DNA of 64,000 nucleotides from Epiperipatus broadwayi (Eukaryota > Animalia > Onychophora), in the NCBI GenBank assembly GCA_028023455.1, contig JAQFVV010000003.1, forward strand, positions 29,760,001 through 29,824,000, given 5' to 3'. The number at the start of each line of letters is the position of its first letter. Within the stretch, counting starts at the first letter, position 1. The notes below the pieces were generated by a model. It was not told the DNA's origin and searched no databases. It saw only the letters and a list, made by a program, of their open reading frames with translations. Shown piece after piece: positions 1 to 14,106 of this stretch. Made by a program: the position numbers and the translations under genes.

Positions 1-2249
1 GTCCGGATTTTCCAACATCAAAGTCTGCTATTGGCAATTGTATGCTCACAGCCATTTTTGATGCATGAATTTATCTCCAGTCATGGTTACCTTTTTTGGT
101 TTAATACTGAAGTCTGACATTTGTTTGCTGTTCCCAAAATCTGTCTAACAGTGATCCTGTTGACAGTGCCAGATTTGACGTGTATTGTCAAACAAATGAG
201 AAATTTAGACAGATTGCATAAGTTAAAATATTAGTTTAATTTCCAGAAAAATTCAATTACGTACATAACTGTTACATATGTTGGCAAAGCACTCCTTTAA
301 AGTTGGGTATCATACACCTGCACGTTAGGGCCACTGTAGTCTCTTCTTTTTTACTACCACGATTCTCCCTCTATATCACACTTATATACCTATCTTCTGG
401 AGTACAAACAAAACATCTCTAATTCCATAAATACCTCTCCTTATATGATCTGCTGAACCCTTCACTAGTCCTCATTGGTTTTGATTAATCCCCAAATTCA
501 CCTTATAAGGTGAGGTATTTTGGTGGTAAATTTTACTTAAATCTTCATACCATATATGGTTATTTTCTACATGACATTGTTACATTAGATCTATAATTAT
601 TTAGATAATTCCAATATTATTTAGTTATACACTTCTAATATCATTTAGCCATACAATTCTATATTTATTTATGAATCCCCCTAATTTTACAATTCTATTT
701 ACATAATAAATTTCAATCAATCCTAAACCAACTTGTCCATGACACCACATAGAGAGAAGACACCACTCTTTAATTAATCTAAGTTTATTGGTTTATCAGT
801 CTTTTTTCAAATAATCAAAAATTTCTGCAGTTAATTTATAATGAAGATCACTTGAACATGTAATTGCTAACATAGTGATATTTGTATATAAACTAGTTGT
901 CTAGGTTCAAAACTTTAGAGTGAAAAATAAGCACTGAATGAAAATAATACAAACTGACCAGATCAGTTATCTGTAAACCAATTATAGAAATCTGTCATAA
1001 TCACTGCTGAGCATTTATTAGTTTTTTTCAACGCTTATTCATGTGAGCTCTCTCTGAAATTTGAATGTCTTTGATTCATTGATGTGTAAAGGATATTATG
1101 GTGATATACTTATGTTTTGATTAATTATATAGTATGACAATGCTGGAAATAAAATACTATATATTTTTTAAATTTATTTCAGTAGCAGTAAATTAATGAC
1201 TTAAAGATCTATATTTACAAAAAAGGTTACTATTGTTTGAAATTACTTTTTAACTGAGTCTATTAAAATGCTAAACTCTGAATTAATTTCTGACCCATGC
1301 AGCTTTTCAAATATCTGGTTCAAAATTAAGAAAGTTTTAGCTTGAATATCATAAAAAGAAAACAATTAAGTTCCATGATAGATTATAGCAATACTGGGAC
1401 TCTTGATATGAAAAGGATGAATTATGTTAAACTCATCATGATAGTCTGTTTACATTGTTATTTTCTCATTGACAAAAATCAAAGCAGCAATATTTGCATG
1501 ATGTATCAAGGATACTGTGATCTCTAGTGGTAGTGAAGAAGTAGTATTTCTCTGTTAGATTAGAATCAATATAAAAGATGTGTCACACACTTTAATTCAG
1601 TGGTGACAGTAGCAGTCTTGATTCCCAGCTGAAGAAAGTAATAAAGTTAAATGGAACTATTTTATTCAATCTGCTGCTTTAATGCTTGAATATTTATTGT
1701 TTCTTCTGAACAATTGAATATATCATTTTAATGTGAAAAGTGTATTTAGAAGTTACAATTTAGGCCACATCTAATAAATTCTCGCCTAAAGAGTGATGAA
1801 AGAAACTAGGTTAGCCTGTACTACGGTGAAGTAGTAACAATTATCATCAGTAATAATTTGCCATTCTTTTAATCTTTTTTTTAGCATATCAATAATTTTA
1901 ATAGCTGGCAAGCAATGACAAACTTTTATTGATGGTGATCAAATGCCATCATATGGTTATAGTATTTTATTATCTAGTTACACCATTAAGATAGTTACAC
2001 ACTTTTTTCCAAAATAAAATTTAATTTTGATAGTTTAATTTTATTTATTTGAAAATATTTTACTTTTAATACAATTTTAATATACTGATAGTTTAATTAA
2101 TATATGATCATTTTGTTTTCTTATAAGCAGGAATGTATAGTAATACAATCCTAGCAAATGAAAATACATCCAGACCAAAAACTTACTGCAAATTAATTAT
2201 GTAGCAATGTAAAATTTTAATCCATCTCAAAAATAAAAATAGCGGTACA

Positions 2250-4850
2250 AAATAGTACAATTAATAACGCATATCTTATTTTAAAAAAATTAATTATAAT
2301 ATTTTGTAAACTATTATAAAATATTTGCTATAGTTTACAAAAATTTGAAAACTTAGATTAAAAAAAAATAAATTAAGAAAATATGATAAACACTATATTT
2401 CATTATTATTTATTTCTCTGCTTCACTTGTGACAATAATACAATATTTGGATCTAATTTTGTGGTTTAGCGTAGTGATTGATAGCAATAAGCTCAAAAGA
2501 TAAAGTTCCGGCATCTTTGATCTTAAATAGTACTTGATCTTTCTTAACTGACCATATGAGTGAATATATTGAGAATCTCAATGGTTTTCGTAAGTCTAGT
2601 GAAAGTATACGGCAAGCGTATATTATAATTTCACAGGAAGCTTCCCTCCAGTTCACAATGGGGGGGGGGGGATACTCTGCATATTTCATTGAGGCACTTT
2701 TCAAGAATTATATGGCTTAGAACAAGACTTGGTAATCGCTAAGCCAATCATAAAAATTTTCTGATATCAAGCGCTTCTCTGAATGAAATAAAATTATTTT
2801 TTGAGCTATTAAACATAAATCTATAAATAACGTAATACAGAGGTATTCTTTTTTAATTTATAAACGCTGCGTTCCTTAATGCTTCATTTTAAATTAATTA
2901 TACACATCTTATTTTTTGTAAATTATTATAAACGCATTACAATCAATTCTTTCGCTTAAAAAGTTATAACTTAATTACTTTTAAGAAGGAAAACAGTTTT
3001 TTTATTTAATGATCACTGAATATGTTTCACAAAAATAAACTCAAGTGGCTAAACATTTTTTTTTTGTTAGAATTAAACCGCGAAGTTATTTATATAAATA
3101 ATAAAATGAACTTTGGTAGTAACAGGAAGTTTCTTCATTTAATGCCGCAAGTTGTTGTTTTTCCAATTTAAAAATTTCTGTAATGAAGAGACGATTTTTG
3201 TTTAAGGCTTGATTTATTTTTCACATTCCTTTTTAAAATACTTATTCGTTATGATGTTAATTTGTTTATTTCGCAACATTTTACCAAAAAAGATAGGCAA
3301 ATACTTTGAAATAGCCTTTCGTTCTTACAGTTCTCAGGTAAAATATTTTTTGGCTAGATATTGCAATGTATATAGTTTATTTCAGTTATTATCTATTTTT
3401 AAAAGTATTTTTTAAGTTTTGTTTAATGTCTGATTAAGATATATTCTATATATAACTTTTATTATTAAATGATATATATACTGAAAAAAATATTAACTTT
3501 TTTTTTTTTAAATAAAAACTTTAAAATAAGAGAATTTATTAATATAAAAATATAATGCATTTTATTTATGATGAAATCAAAATTAGATTTGAAAAGCAAA
3601 GGTAAAATTTTATCTCCCCTCCCCCCATAGCTCTTTATTTTTATATTTAAAAATATATATAAAAATGCTATGGGGGGGGGGTCTTTATTTTAATGCAAGT
3701 TATAATGATTGGTCTTTTTAAAAAATATACACACAGTTTTTAATATTGTGAATGAATTTACTAACGTTTTAGACATAGATCTAAATATTGAGATGATGAA
3801 ATAGCGTTAAAGAAGATGAACCTGCTTAACTATCACTACGTAAATAGGCAAGAACTGTGTAGGGTTGGAGCATAATAAATTAGGAACTAATTTCACTAAG
3901 ATCATTGAAAATAAATATGTCACTAATATGGATTAATGATTTTGCAAATAAATATAAAAGCGCTAAAAGTACTTTCAAATTATTTTCAAAAATTTATGAA
4001 TTATAAAGCAGTTTAATTTTTTATATTTGTCAAATTATATTTAATAAAATCTTATTTGTGATTTATTTGATATTTGTAAAATTGTAAAAAAAAAAAAATG
4101 ATTTGGCATTATCTTAAACTTCATTAACTTTTTTTTTTTTTATGCTAAAAATGATTCAAAATTATTTCTAGCTGAAAAACTTAGTATGACGCTTAGCCCG
4201 TTGCAATAAATGGTCCCGTCCCCCCTCCGGTTATCCTTCGCTTGATCTGATATAAAATGAAAGAGATATTTATTTACTGTCATGACAGTTATCTGAACAG
4301 TTATTAATAGGTCATTCGGAATGATTTTTAATTTTATATTTGTCGATTTTCTTGTGAAGTTATTTGAAATGAATGGAAGTTATTTAAAAATATTTTGAAT
4401 TCTTTATATAATCGGAAGAAATGCAATTTTTTAAACATAGTTGTATGTAAATTCCATAACTAAATTATATACGTTTTGTTTGAAAATGAAATTATATTTT
4501 TAAGAGAATTTACAGCAACATCTATGCTTGGAGATATATTGATTACAATTTTTTAAAGCATTAATAAATAATTTTAGCTTATATGCATATATTAGCATAA
4601 TGTGTATAAACATTTTCGATTGAGATCATGTTGTTAATAATAAAGATAACATTAATATTGCTTTATACACAGAAAAAATATCGAAAACATTAAATATACT
4701 ATTGATCTTTCTTGGCAAAAAGTATCGATATTGGAAAAATTTTAAAGCATTAAACATTATGGTATATATAAGCATGTATATTAAGTTCTCTGATTGAGTT
4801 AAGCATGTCCAATGATAATACTTGCTCATCATCGGTAGTGTACTTGTATT
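2250..4850. promoter_or_regulatory. CpG-retaining (island-like) region around the probable AMT promoter and first exon
   Basis: By eye, about 18 CpGs occur in 2500-3330 and more extend to about 4850, versus very few in 500-2200 and after 4850. An ETS-like CAGGAAGT lies at about 3123, upstream of the ATG at 3251. Confidence 0.5.
3251..3337 (+). CDS. AMT: Probable AMT coding exon 1 (mitochondrial targeting presequence)
   Basis: Translates to MMLICLFRNILPKKIGKYFEIAFRSYSSQ: basic and hydrophobic, only one acidic residue, with an R-x-Y-S cleavage-like motif. It ends CAG|GTAAAA (donor at 3338) in phase 0, matching the phase-0 acceptor at 7378. Recalled human AMT also has an intron after presequence residue Q30. 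Confidence 0.7.
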
Positions 4851-5624
4851 GCTTGTCACTCTCTTGTCATAATTTATTTTGATATCTGAATTTCAGATCC
4901 ATGTTATAAATTTTGATCATCATTATGAAACATATATAAATGCCTTGCTATCCAGTCCAGTCTGTGTTTAAATCCTTTCTAATTATACCTAAAGTTCAAT
5001 ATATACATTATATTTGTAGTTAAATATTATACATTAATTTTTAGTACTACATCAATATTATGCATATATATTTATCTATAAATACACATTTACTTGTTAA
5101 TAGATTAGAGCTATAGAAATAGTTCTTCATCTTGATGATTAATATTAATCAAAAAATGTATTTTTTGTAGATGAATGAGAAACTTTTTATTACTACTCCT
5201 TTTTTAGAGAAATTTTTTCTTACATAGCTCTATGTCCTAAATATATAACTGCAATATATATATACATATATGTTAAGAACAGCAATCATAAATTTCAGAG
5301 TTGTCATATCACCACTATGCAAAAATATCTACTGCTATTGTAATATGCAAATCAGCTGGGCAATTATTATGCTTCCTCATAGTTATTATATTTCATTACA
5401 CACTCATTAGTCTCTTCACAAATCCTAGTGAGAGTTTTTATACAAGAGTTCAATTATGCACAATTGTTCATCATTTGCATAATTAATATGATTGGTATAT
5501 GCAGATTTTCTCAAGTAGCTTCATAATAATAATGAGACAGTTTGTTAATGTATTGCACGCACATATTTACATAATAAAATAATAATCATTTGCATTCATG
5601 TATATATATTATACATGCAGTCCA

Positions 5625-6760
5625 CTCCTCCCACCTATTCTAAAAATAATACTCATATTTGCATGCATAATCTTCTATAAATTTGTAAGTTTTCTGCATA
5701 CACAAGCTCTTCTAGGAAAAAGTCTTGCTCTCTTTTTTTGTGAGGTTATAATCTTTTCTTCTTGTTGGAGCTCACTTGATGTAAAATGATCTTCATCTAG
5801 CTTGATAGTTTAATTCCTGATTGAATCATTTGTTACAGCTTGATCTATATCTACAATTTGCTCTTCCTTGTCAATAAAATTTTTATAATATTTGTTATCT
5901 TAACAATAATATTATCATCTGATGACTTATTTTCATGATGTCATAAATGATTTATATCTGTCTTAAATATTTTTCTATTATTCACTTGTACAAATGTAAT
6001 TTGTTGAGATAAGATTTTCAATATTATTCATGGTAGCCATTTATTTTTTGTAATATCACGTTTCCAACTTTAAAATTTTCATAATTCATAGTGTCTTTTA
6101 AATTTTTATTTGTAGATGACAATACATTAATAATTCAATTGGTGTTTTATTAGCAGCTGTACATGGAGTAAAGTGCTGGAAAACATTGCATTTAATAATG
6201 CTTCCATAATATCCTCATGACAGGTTTTTTTTTCACTGTAGATTTTAAAAATTGAATTGCCTTCTCTGTGAAACCAATAGACTCAGGTTGACATAGCAGG
6301 GTTAGTACATGACATATTCCCTTATCAGTTAGATAATTCTTAAATTGCTAAGATGCAAAGTCAGTCCTATTGTCTGTTACAATAGTCTTGGAATGACCAT
6401 GACTTACAAAGATCTTTTTCAGTATTTTAATGGTACTCTCAGCACTAATGTTTTTGATAATTTTATATTTCATCTACCATGAATATGATTCTACTATTAC
6501 TAAAAATATATCATTCATTGGTCCAGTGTGGTCTAAGTGTAAATGTTTCCAAGGCTAAGTAGACTTATGATTCCAACTTCCAAAACACTTCCTATTTAGC
6601 ACATTCTTCATAATCTTGAGATCAAAAACATTTCTAATCAAGATAATATTTGAGCTAAATAATTTTTGAAACTTGTTCTTCCAAACTTACTTTAATTCTT
6701 GGTTATCTCTTTTAACTTTTGTGACAATTAGACTTTTCACATGACTGCAGAAAAATTGCT
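5625..6760 (-). mobile_element. Decayed Ty3/Gypsy integrase remnant in AMT intron 1 (antisense)
   Basis: Minus-strand reading PWKHLHLDHTGP..FLVIVESYS..STIKILKKIFVSHGHSKTIVTDNRTDFAS*QFKNYLTDKGI..PESIGFTEKAIQFLK..TPIELL (about 6560 to 6116) is an rve core with stops. A polypurine tract (PPT)-like TAGGTGGGAGGAG at 5637-5625 is followed by TG. Confidence 0.7.
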
Positions 6761-6799
6761 AATATTTACTCCATAACTTTATACATTTTTATCAAGTTT

Positions 6800-6965
6800 A
6801 CAAAAAAAAATCTTCAACCATTGAAGATTATTAGGTTTGGTTACAAAATTGCTTGGAAGTTCATAAGAAGTTTGAGGAATGGAATAACAGATCTGGACTA
6901 TGATACATAAATCTTGAGTTATTTACTCCATTACTACAAAAACTAGGATGGACATTAAGTTGAAC
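6800..6965 (+). mobile_element. Possible degraded non-LTR (CR1/L2-like) RT C-terminal fragment
   Basis: Frameshifted reading QNCLEVHKKF..ITDLDY..FTPLLQKLGWTLS resembles the LEKVQRR..ITG..TPLL..LGW motif. The match is short and decayed. Confidence 0.35.
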
Positions 6966-7377
6966 TGATGACATATAACATTTTATGTAATATATAAAAT
7001 AAATATCTAATAAATTTTTTTGAAAAGAAGTAAATTTTTATTTTATTTTTTGTTTGTTTTTAGATTGTAATTTTTTTAAAAATCTAAAATAAATTTTAGT
7101 TAAATTATAATTTAATTATAATTTTTAGATGTCATGTATATCTTAATGATGTATTTCCATTTTTTAAATGTTAGAATAAATTATGTTAAAGGATGACAAT
7201 CAATGGAAAAGTACCATTGGCAATAATCAAGTATTAGTATTTGGTTATAATACCTATTGAGCAGAAAATTTAACACACAAACAAATATTATGGTATAATA
7301 AATATAAATAAACAATAAGTAAAGTACTATTTAAAAACCATAAGAAATTTACCATATATGTTTATCTTTTTTTTTAG

Positions 7378-7764
7378 ATTAATAATGAGTTGAAAAAAAC
7401 ATGTTTATATAATTTCCATGTTGCAAATAGAGGGAAAATGGTAAGTTTTGGCGGATGGTCAATGCCAGTTCAGTATGAGGAAAGTCTTACTGCTTCTCAT
7501 CTTCATACCCGCAGTAATGTAAGCCTTTTTGATGTTTCACATATGTTACAAACTCATATTCATGGCAAGGACAGAATTAAATTTATTGAAAGTTTGGTTG
7601 TTAGTGATATAAGAGATTTAAATGATAATCAAGGAACATTAACTCTTTTCACAAATGAGAATGGTGGAATAATTGATGATTTGATTGTAACTAAGACATC
7701 AAATGATTATTTGTTTGTTGTGTCTAATGCTGGATGTGCTGAGAAAGATTTATCACACATGAAG
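7378..7764 (+). CDS. AMT: Aminomethyltransferase (glycine cleavage T protein) internal coding exon; gene continues beyond the window
   Basis: 129 codons [14 protein letters not shown]...[15 protein letters not shown]...[17 protein letters not shown]...[21 protein letters not shown]...[16 protein letters not shown], a diagnostic GCV_T N-terminus. Polypyrimidine tract plus AG at 7376-7377; donor AAG|GTAATT at 7765. Confidence 0.95.
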
Positions 7765-9758
7765 GTAATTTAAATTATTTCTATATAATTTAAGTAATTC
7801 TTTTCCAAATAATAGCTTTAGTATGTAATTAAGTTCTTCATAAGAATGCAATTTTCTTTCCAGCTTATAACAGTTGACACTAGTAGGCACCTCTCTTCCA
7901 AGTCTAGAAGTCACAGTATAAACAATGAGTAAAGTTGATAGGCATTAAATGCCATTGCAAGCCAGACTCCTATGACTGATTTTTAACTCATTGATTATGG
8001 TAATCAGTTGGATTTGCAGTGAGTTTTTCTTAGTTGGCCACTTGTTAATCTTATCTTGTTACTCAAGCCAATGAATTGACAAATCCAAATTAAGTTTTAC
8101 ATTTAAGTCTTAGTTTTAAGTTCACTGTATGTACCTATGATTCTCTAGAACAAAGATAGAAAAATGCACTAACTTTTACCAATTGTTAAGCTAACTGAGT
8201 AATATATCATTCAGTTTTCCTCTTTGAGAGACTTGCTGGAACTGCTTTTATATTGCTATGAGCTATTTTAAAGTTAGTGCAATTTTCCATTGTTGCTCCC
8301 CTCTAGAAATAAAAGTAGCTAGATACTTTCCTTTGGCCAATGTTGGTCAAATGACATCTGAATTGATCATAGGACAGCTATCTAAAGAAAAATTATAAGT
8401 CTGTTGGAAATTTGAAAAAAATTCCAAGATTCATCTAAACCATATTTTAACACCAGAATATGATAAAAGCACACCTTACTATTATACCACAGACTCTTAA
8501 AAAGAATTACAATGATATTAGTCTGTCATTTTGCAGAAGCCACAGTTCAAACAAAGAATAATGTCAATGATGCTTTTTACCAAAAGGAGGCAAATAAATT
8601 GGACTGATGTTGTGAATGTAGTTAGTATTGCACTCAGTATAAGGGTATAAAATAACTTCAAAACACACAGATGTGTTGATTTTTCTATAATACTGTACTT
8701 ATAGTTAATTTTTTGACATGTTTCATATTTAGTTTTTCCAAGTATCTGATGATAAAAATTGTTTAAAATAATCAAAATGTCTCAAAAAATTTTAACAATA
8801 AAATATTATAACATTTTATGAATAAAACATTATTTTAAGTTTTTGTTATGATGAATTTAATATGCCACCCAAAATTATTTGCAATTACGAGTATGTAATA
8901 TTTTGTATGTTTGTCCATGGAAGTGAGAAATTGAAATAAAAAGTAATATTTTGAATATGCCCTGTGTTTGGAATATAATACTAGATTTATTAGTTGAGAT
9001 GTAATATTTGTTTTATTATATGCTACATGAACTATTAAGTGAATGAACAATCTGTTTTAAGAAGGTAATGATCAACCATGGGTATAGGATTATGGTATCA
9101 TCACCAGTTTGAAAGTTACAGCATATTATAGTTGCATTTTTGTTTTATAACAATATATCAGTGTTCATCTAACTAAAAAATAATTATATACCCATTTCTC
9201 AACCAATAAATGGATGGTAAGTTGGTAACTATTATAACTATATCAAGACTTATATAAGTTTCTTAGATGACATAATTTAAATGTAATTTAGTTCTTATTA
9301 AATTAATCATTTTTAATTAATTCATTTAATGTTGCAAAAAATATTACTGCCTCTATAGCTTTTAAAACATTTTTTTAATTTGTGGAATATTCTGGATTAG
9401 TTTCTTAAAATCATTTATAGTATGGAGTTTATTGGTATAAAAAATATTAAATGTAGATTTAGAAAAAAAATGCATCTTTAAAGGAATTAAAGGATTAGTC
9501 ACAATCTAATAATTTAAAACTAATATAATGTAACCAGTTAGCTACATGGATGCACTAAAAGAAAAAGATAATAAGAATTAGATAGTTGGCAATATATTTC
9601 TCAGGTTTAATTAAAGGATTATTTTATTAATGGAGGAAAGTAATGTTTAATTTTCTTAGACCTATTTTTTAAAGGGTTATTATTTAACTTAATATTTTTA
9701 AGTCCCCATATGATAATGTGAGAATTATCAAACATTTAATTTGTTAATAGGGTACTTA

Positions 9759-9805
9759 AGTATTAGTCCTGCAACATAGGGGAGATGGTACACCTTTTCA
9801 CATCC
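9759..9805. mobile_element. Left terminal inverted repeat (TIR) of the same family as the 11071-11341 MITE
   Basis: AGTATTAGTCCTGCAA (9759-9774) is the exact reverse complement of 11330-11345. It also shares ACACCTTTTCACAT with the 11071 end. Confidence 0.45.
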
Positions 9806-11070
9806 GCAATAAATGTGTAATTTGAAATCACATCAAATTTAAATGAAATAAACCCTGCGATGTTATCCAATCTCACCTGGAACATGTTTCTCTTTATCAA
9901 ACATGTTTTTTTTTATATTTTGACATTTGCAGTTATTATCGAGATTTCTTTCTGTCAACAGTTTTCATTTCAATTGCATTTTTGCTTCATCCAAGTATTT
10001 CTATATTATTTCTACTTCTGAATTCATTTGATTTTAAGTATGTAAGTATATGTCGTGTTTGTTTTTGAACTTTTGATTTTCTTTTCATACCTTCCTTATG
10101 CTGGTTATGATCATTTTCATATGAACTGCAGATATAAACTTCATGAATCCAGCAACTGGGTTCACACACAAAACAGTAAAAGACTATATAGTGCGAAATG
10201 AGTAGCAGTGAGGGACATCAAGGCAACATCAAATTTATATGTTGTGTAAATTGCATTAAAAATGACGATGTGTTTATTTGCATACTGAATGACATAAAAA
10301 AATTTTCCACGAGGATGAAAAGTTAATGAAAGTGTTGTAATTTACATTTCTTTATTTTTGTGAATTTTTTTTAAATTTTTTTTTATTTTTGTTTTTTTAA
10401 AAAAAATACATTAGTTTATTAGTATTTCCGGGAAAAATCCAATTCAGCCAATAGACTGCGCAATCACATATTCAGTAAAACTCCATTTTGGGGGAAATTT
10501 TTTCAGTTGAAATCTCCATTTTGTGTCAAAAATGTAAATGCCAAATTGCATGAAAATTCCTGTTATATGTTAGATGGTAAGTAGCGTATGTGTATATATA
10601 TATATTTGTAAATAATATTAAAAAAAGTAATAATTTAGTGATTGATTTGTCTGTAATTAAAATAATATTTTAGTACTAGAGTAATGACATTTCGTATTTT
10701 ACATATTTTTGGCTGAAAAAATGTACTTTTAAGATTGGCTTTTTTTGTGTGTGAAATTCATATCTTTAGTGTTGTTATAAATTTTACAGTGTGAAAGTCG
10801 TATAATTTCTGAATGTCAAATCAATATATTTTTTAAAATGTTCTTTTATTAATATTCATTTACTATTATTATAAATTTTAAACATTTTTGTATGAAAGTA
10901 GCAAATATTTGTGTATGGCAAATTAATTTTTTAAAAAATATTCTTTTTAATATCGGTTTGTTGCTCAAATTCATATATCTTTATTATTGTTATAAATTTA
11001 AATTTTGCTCCATTTACTATTGTTATAAATTTTAGACTTTTATTTATGAAAGTTGCATATAAGTGTATTT

Positions 11071-11341
11071 TTAGGCCTGCAACACAGAGCATGTATTAGA
11101 CATGCTACACCTTTTCACATATGTATTCAACCTGCAGATAACTGTGTAAATTTTATGAAAATATCATGTACAAGATCAGTGTACACATTACTTTTTTTGC
11201 AAATCTTGCAAAAAATATTGTATACAAGATCCGTGTACACATTATTTTGGCCAGATCACAAGATTACAAAGTTATCAGCAGATTGATATGAATGTGAAAA
11301 GGCATAGCATATCTAATATATGCTCCATATTGCAGGACTAA
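11071..11341. mobile_element. MITE-like element with about 70-bp imperfect TIRs
   Basis: TTAGGCCTGCAACACAGAGCATGTATTAGACATGCTACACCTTTTCACAT pairs with ATGTGAAAAGGCATAGCATATCTAATATATGCTCCATATTGCAGGACTAA. An internal direct repeat TACAAGATC(A/C)GTGTACACATTA is present. Confidence 0.65.
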
Positions 11342-14106
11342 TACTCAAATATCGTTAATGGTAATATGATTTTAATATGGGAATTATTTTAATAAGTTAT
11401 AAATGATTATAAAGAGGAGAGAGAGAATTGTGAAAGAATTTAAACAAATTTCTTTTGATTCTCTCTCTCTGTAGTAGTTATAATTAATTAGTAGTTTTAA
11501 TTTAAACTATGAAAATGTACTAAGAAAACAAAATTTTTTTTTGTATCTTATTTAATTAATACTAATTTTAATCTTTTTTTAAAAAGATTAAGTTTTATAT
11601 ATAAGAGTATTTTTTAAAGAAATAAAAAAAAACAAAATATGATTTTAATACCTTTGTAAATTTTATTTTTAATCATAGTTATTATTCAATGTCTTTGATT
11701 AAAGAGGTAGACAACTGAACAATTGTATATATGGGAATTTATTTAATTGGTTATTTTGGAAATTATCATGTGAGAGACAGATTGTGATGATTGGCTTGTA
11801 GACAAGATTGTTCTAGAAAAAAATATAAGGAGAGGGTCAGAAAGTGAGAAGACCCTAGTGTCTGGTAAGAAGTGGAAGATTCCTAACAGCTGTTTAAAAA
11901 AGAACAGTCCAAATTTAATCCAGCTGATAAAGAAAAAGCACAAATCTTTATCAAGCTATTGAATAGAATAGTAGAAATTTTAATCAAGTTTTTAGCATAT
12001 TAAGATTATAGCTCTAGAAATGGTTTGTACAATGAATACCATGTGCTAAATTTAGCTAAAGGCTAGGCATCACCCTCCATGTGACCTACCTTCACTATAA
12101 GAAAATGTAAAAATGTAAAACCACTCCATAAAGTAGTCTACAACCCTTCCTTTAACCAAGAGCATGAGTCTGTCTACAGCTGTCTCATCTGGAAATTCAA
12201 GAGAACCAAAGGGACAAAATTTGCTATTTTTTGTTTACTTGGAATTGTTACAGACCCACATTAGAACAAATTTAAGTAGTCTCATGTTTAGAAGCCTTCA
12301 GGGAGAAACACAATTAGAAAAACTGGAAATTGCAATTGGAAAGGTGACCATAAGCAAGAAAGCTATGACTAGAAGTATTATTTTTTTGTATGTGCACACT
12401 ATTTTTTTGTTAAAAAATAATTTTTTTTTGTTTTATAAAAGTAATAATAATTTGGTTTTTGTGTTAAATACTTCACTAAGTTAAAATATTTCAAATTGTT
12501 AAACGTTTTTTTTTCTAAAACCCAGTCAAATTTATTAAAAATGGTGAAATAGTTTTTAAAAAGAAAAAGAAAACAAATTTGTTGTAAAGTTAAAATTTTT
12601 TTTTTTGAACATGTTGTTAATTAATTCTTAAATATTCTAAAGAAATTGAACCAAAGATTGTTACATTTGATTTTGGAAATATTGTAAAAATAAAAAGAAG
12701 AATCTTAACTATTTAAAAAAAATAGCTTTAAATGAATTTAGAGTTAATCCATGACTAAAATCAACTGATTGGTTAATATAATTTTATCAAACTATATTTT
12801 TTTGATGAAGTGGGTATTTAAAATATTACCTACCATCATGTCATTTTTGTTGTTGTTAATTAATTAGAAATTAAATAATTGTTTTTTTTTTCCAAAACTA
12901 AAAATGTTTTTAATCTTAGTTTCTTTATTCTAGCCAATTCCTGTTTCATGAAATATAGGGTGTGTGACCTTAAATCATGATAGCTTATATTCTAGGATTT
13001 ATTATTTTTGATAATCCCAATAAAACTATTTTATTTATAAGTAAGGGAATCCTGTGGTTTATTTAAGGTTATTTATAATAAGCTATTTTATTTAATTATT
13101 TCTCTTGCTCACAGTAATAAATTGTAGAATTTTTGCTTCTTGTGCTAGATTCATGAACAATGGCTATATAGAAAAAGGGGTGTGTATTACTGTAAGGGCT
13201 TCCAGTTGATAATCATCCTGGATTAGCACAAATAAAATATTCTTTCAGGTCCATAGATTACATTTTATTTAATTTAGTATCTATTAGACATTGAGTTTAT
13301 AATTGTCTCTTACGCCAATGATACTAAATGGCCAGAGCATTGATGATGATCAGCATGTTTTAAGACTGGCATTATAGTTTTGATTGTTGCATATTCTGAT
13401 GGATTGACACTTAAGTTTGTGCATCCAAATTATGTTTAAATAATTGCCCCAAGCTGGCCTTCAAATCCAGTCACCAGATTGACTGATATTTTATTGTTGA
13501 TCATTCATGATGATGAATGAATTATGCTTATACTTATTTTTAATGCTGGTGAACGTATAGCTAATTATGCTCTTACTTAGGGTAGTTAGCTGCTGATCTC
13601 TTAGAGTGATCTCTCATGCTCATTATTTTATACTTTAAATTAAATATTGACCATTAATTTTATATTTATTTTGAACTGGGATTGATGATAATTTGCCATC
13701 ACCCCAGGTTCAACTTCCAAAATGGTGTTAGCATTGCAAATGTCACTTAACTTGTAGGATCTCTATTTCCATACTGTTACAAATGAATATCCAATTGTGG
13801 GACATTGTAACTGCAGGTTCTTGTATATTAAACCCTCAGTTTTCCATTAGCATTATAATAAATATCAATAAACTAAAACACTCTTTCGCACAATCAAGCT
13901 TTAAAATTATGAGGAAAACTGTCATGTAGTCATAATTGTCAGCTGGATGAGAATATTTCATGAAAATATATTGCAATGTATAGAGTATGTAAAAGAGTAT
14001 TTTATTTTTATTGTTTTTTTATATGTTTTAATATAGCCAAGCAGAAAAGTAATGGAAGAAAGACAGGAAATTTAATCTAATAATTGTGGAATTCAACATT
14101 ACAATA

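Noticed and set aside
250-700. Degraded LINE RT on the minus strand (NQ*GLVKGS..)
   Set aside because: Only a vague motif resemblance with many stops.
2453-2704. Minus-strand ORF as a divergent gene from a bidirectional promoter
   Set aside because: No recognisable domain or splice signals, and the polyproline comes from a G run.
3621-3681. Small hairpin CCCCCCATAGC...GCTATGGGGGG in intron 1
   Set aside because: It is short and driven by homopolymer and AT runs, with no evidence of function.
9987-10169. SWIM/MULE-type transposase fragment
   Set aside because: Cys/His spacing is only suggestive and upstream frames do not continue. Not callable without an HMM search.
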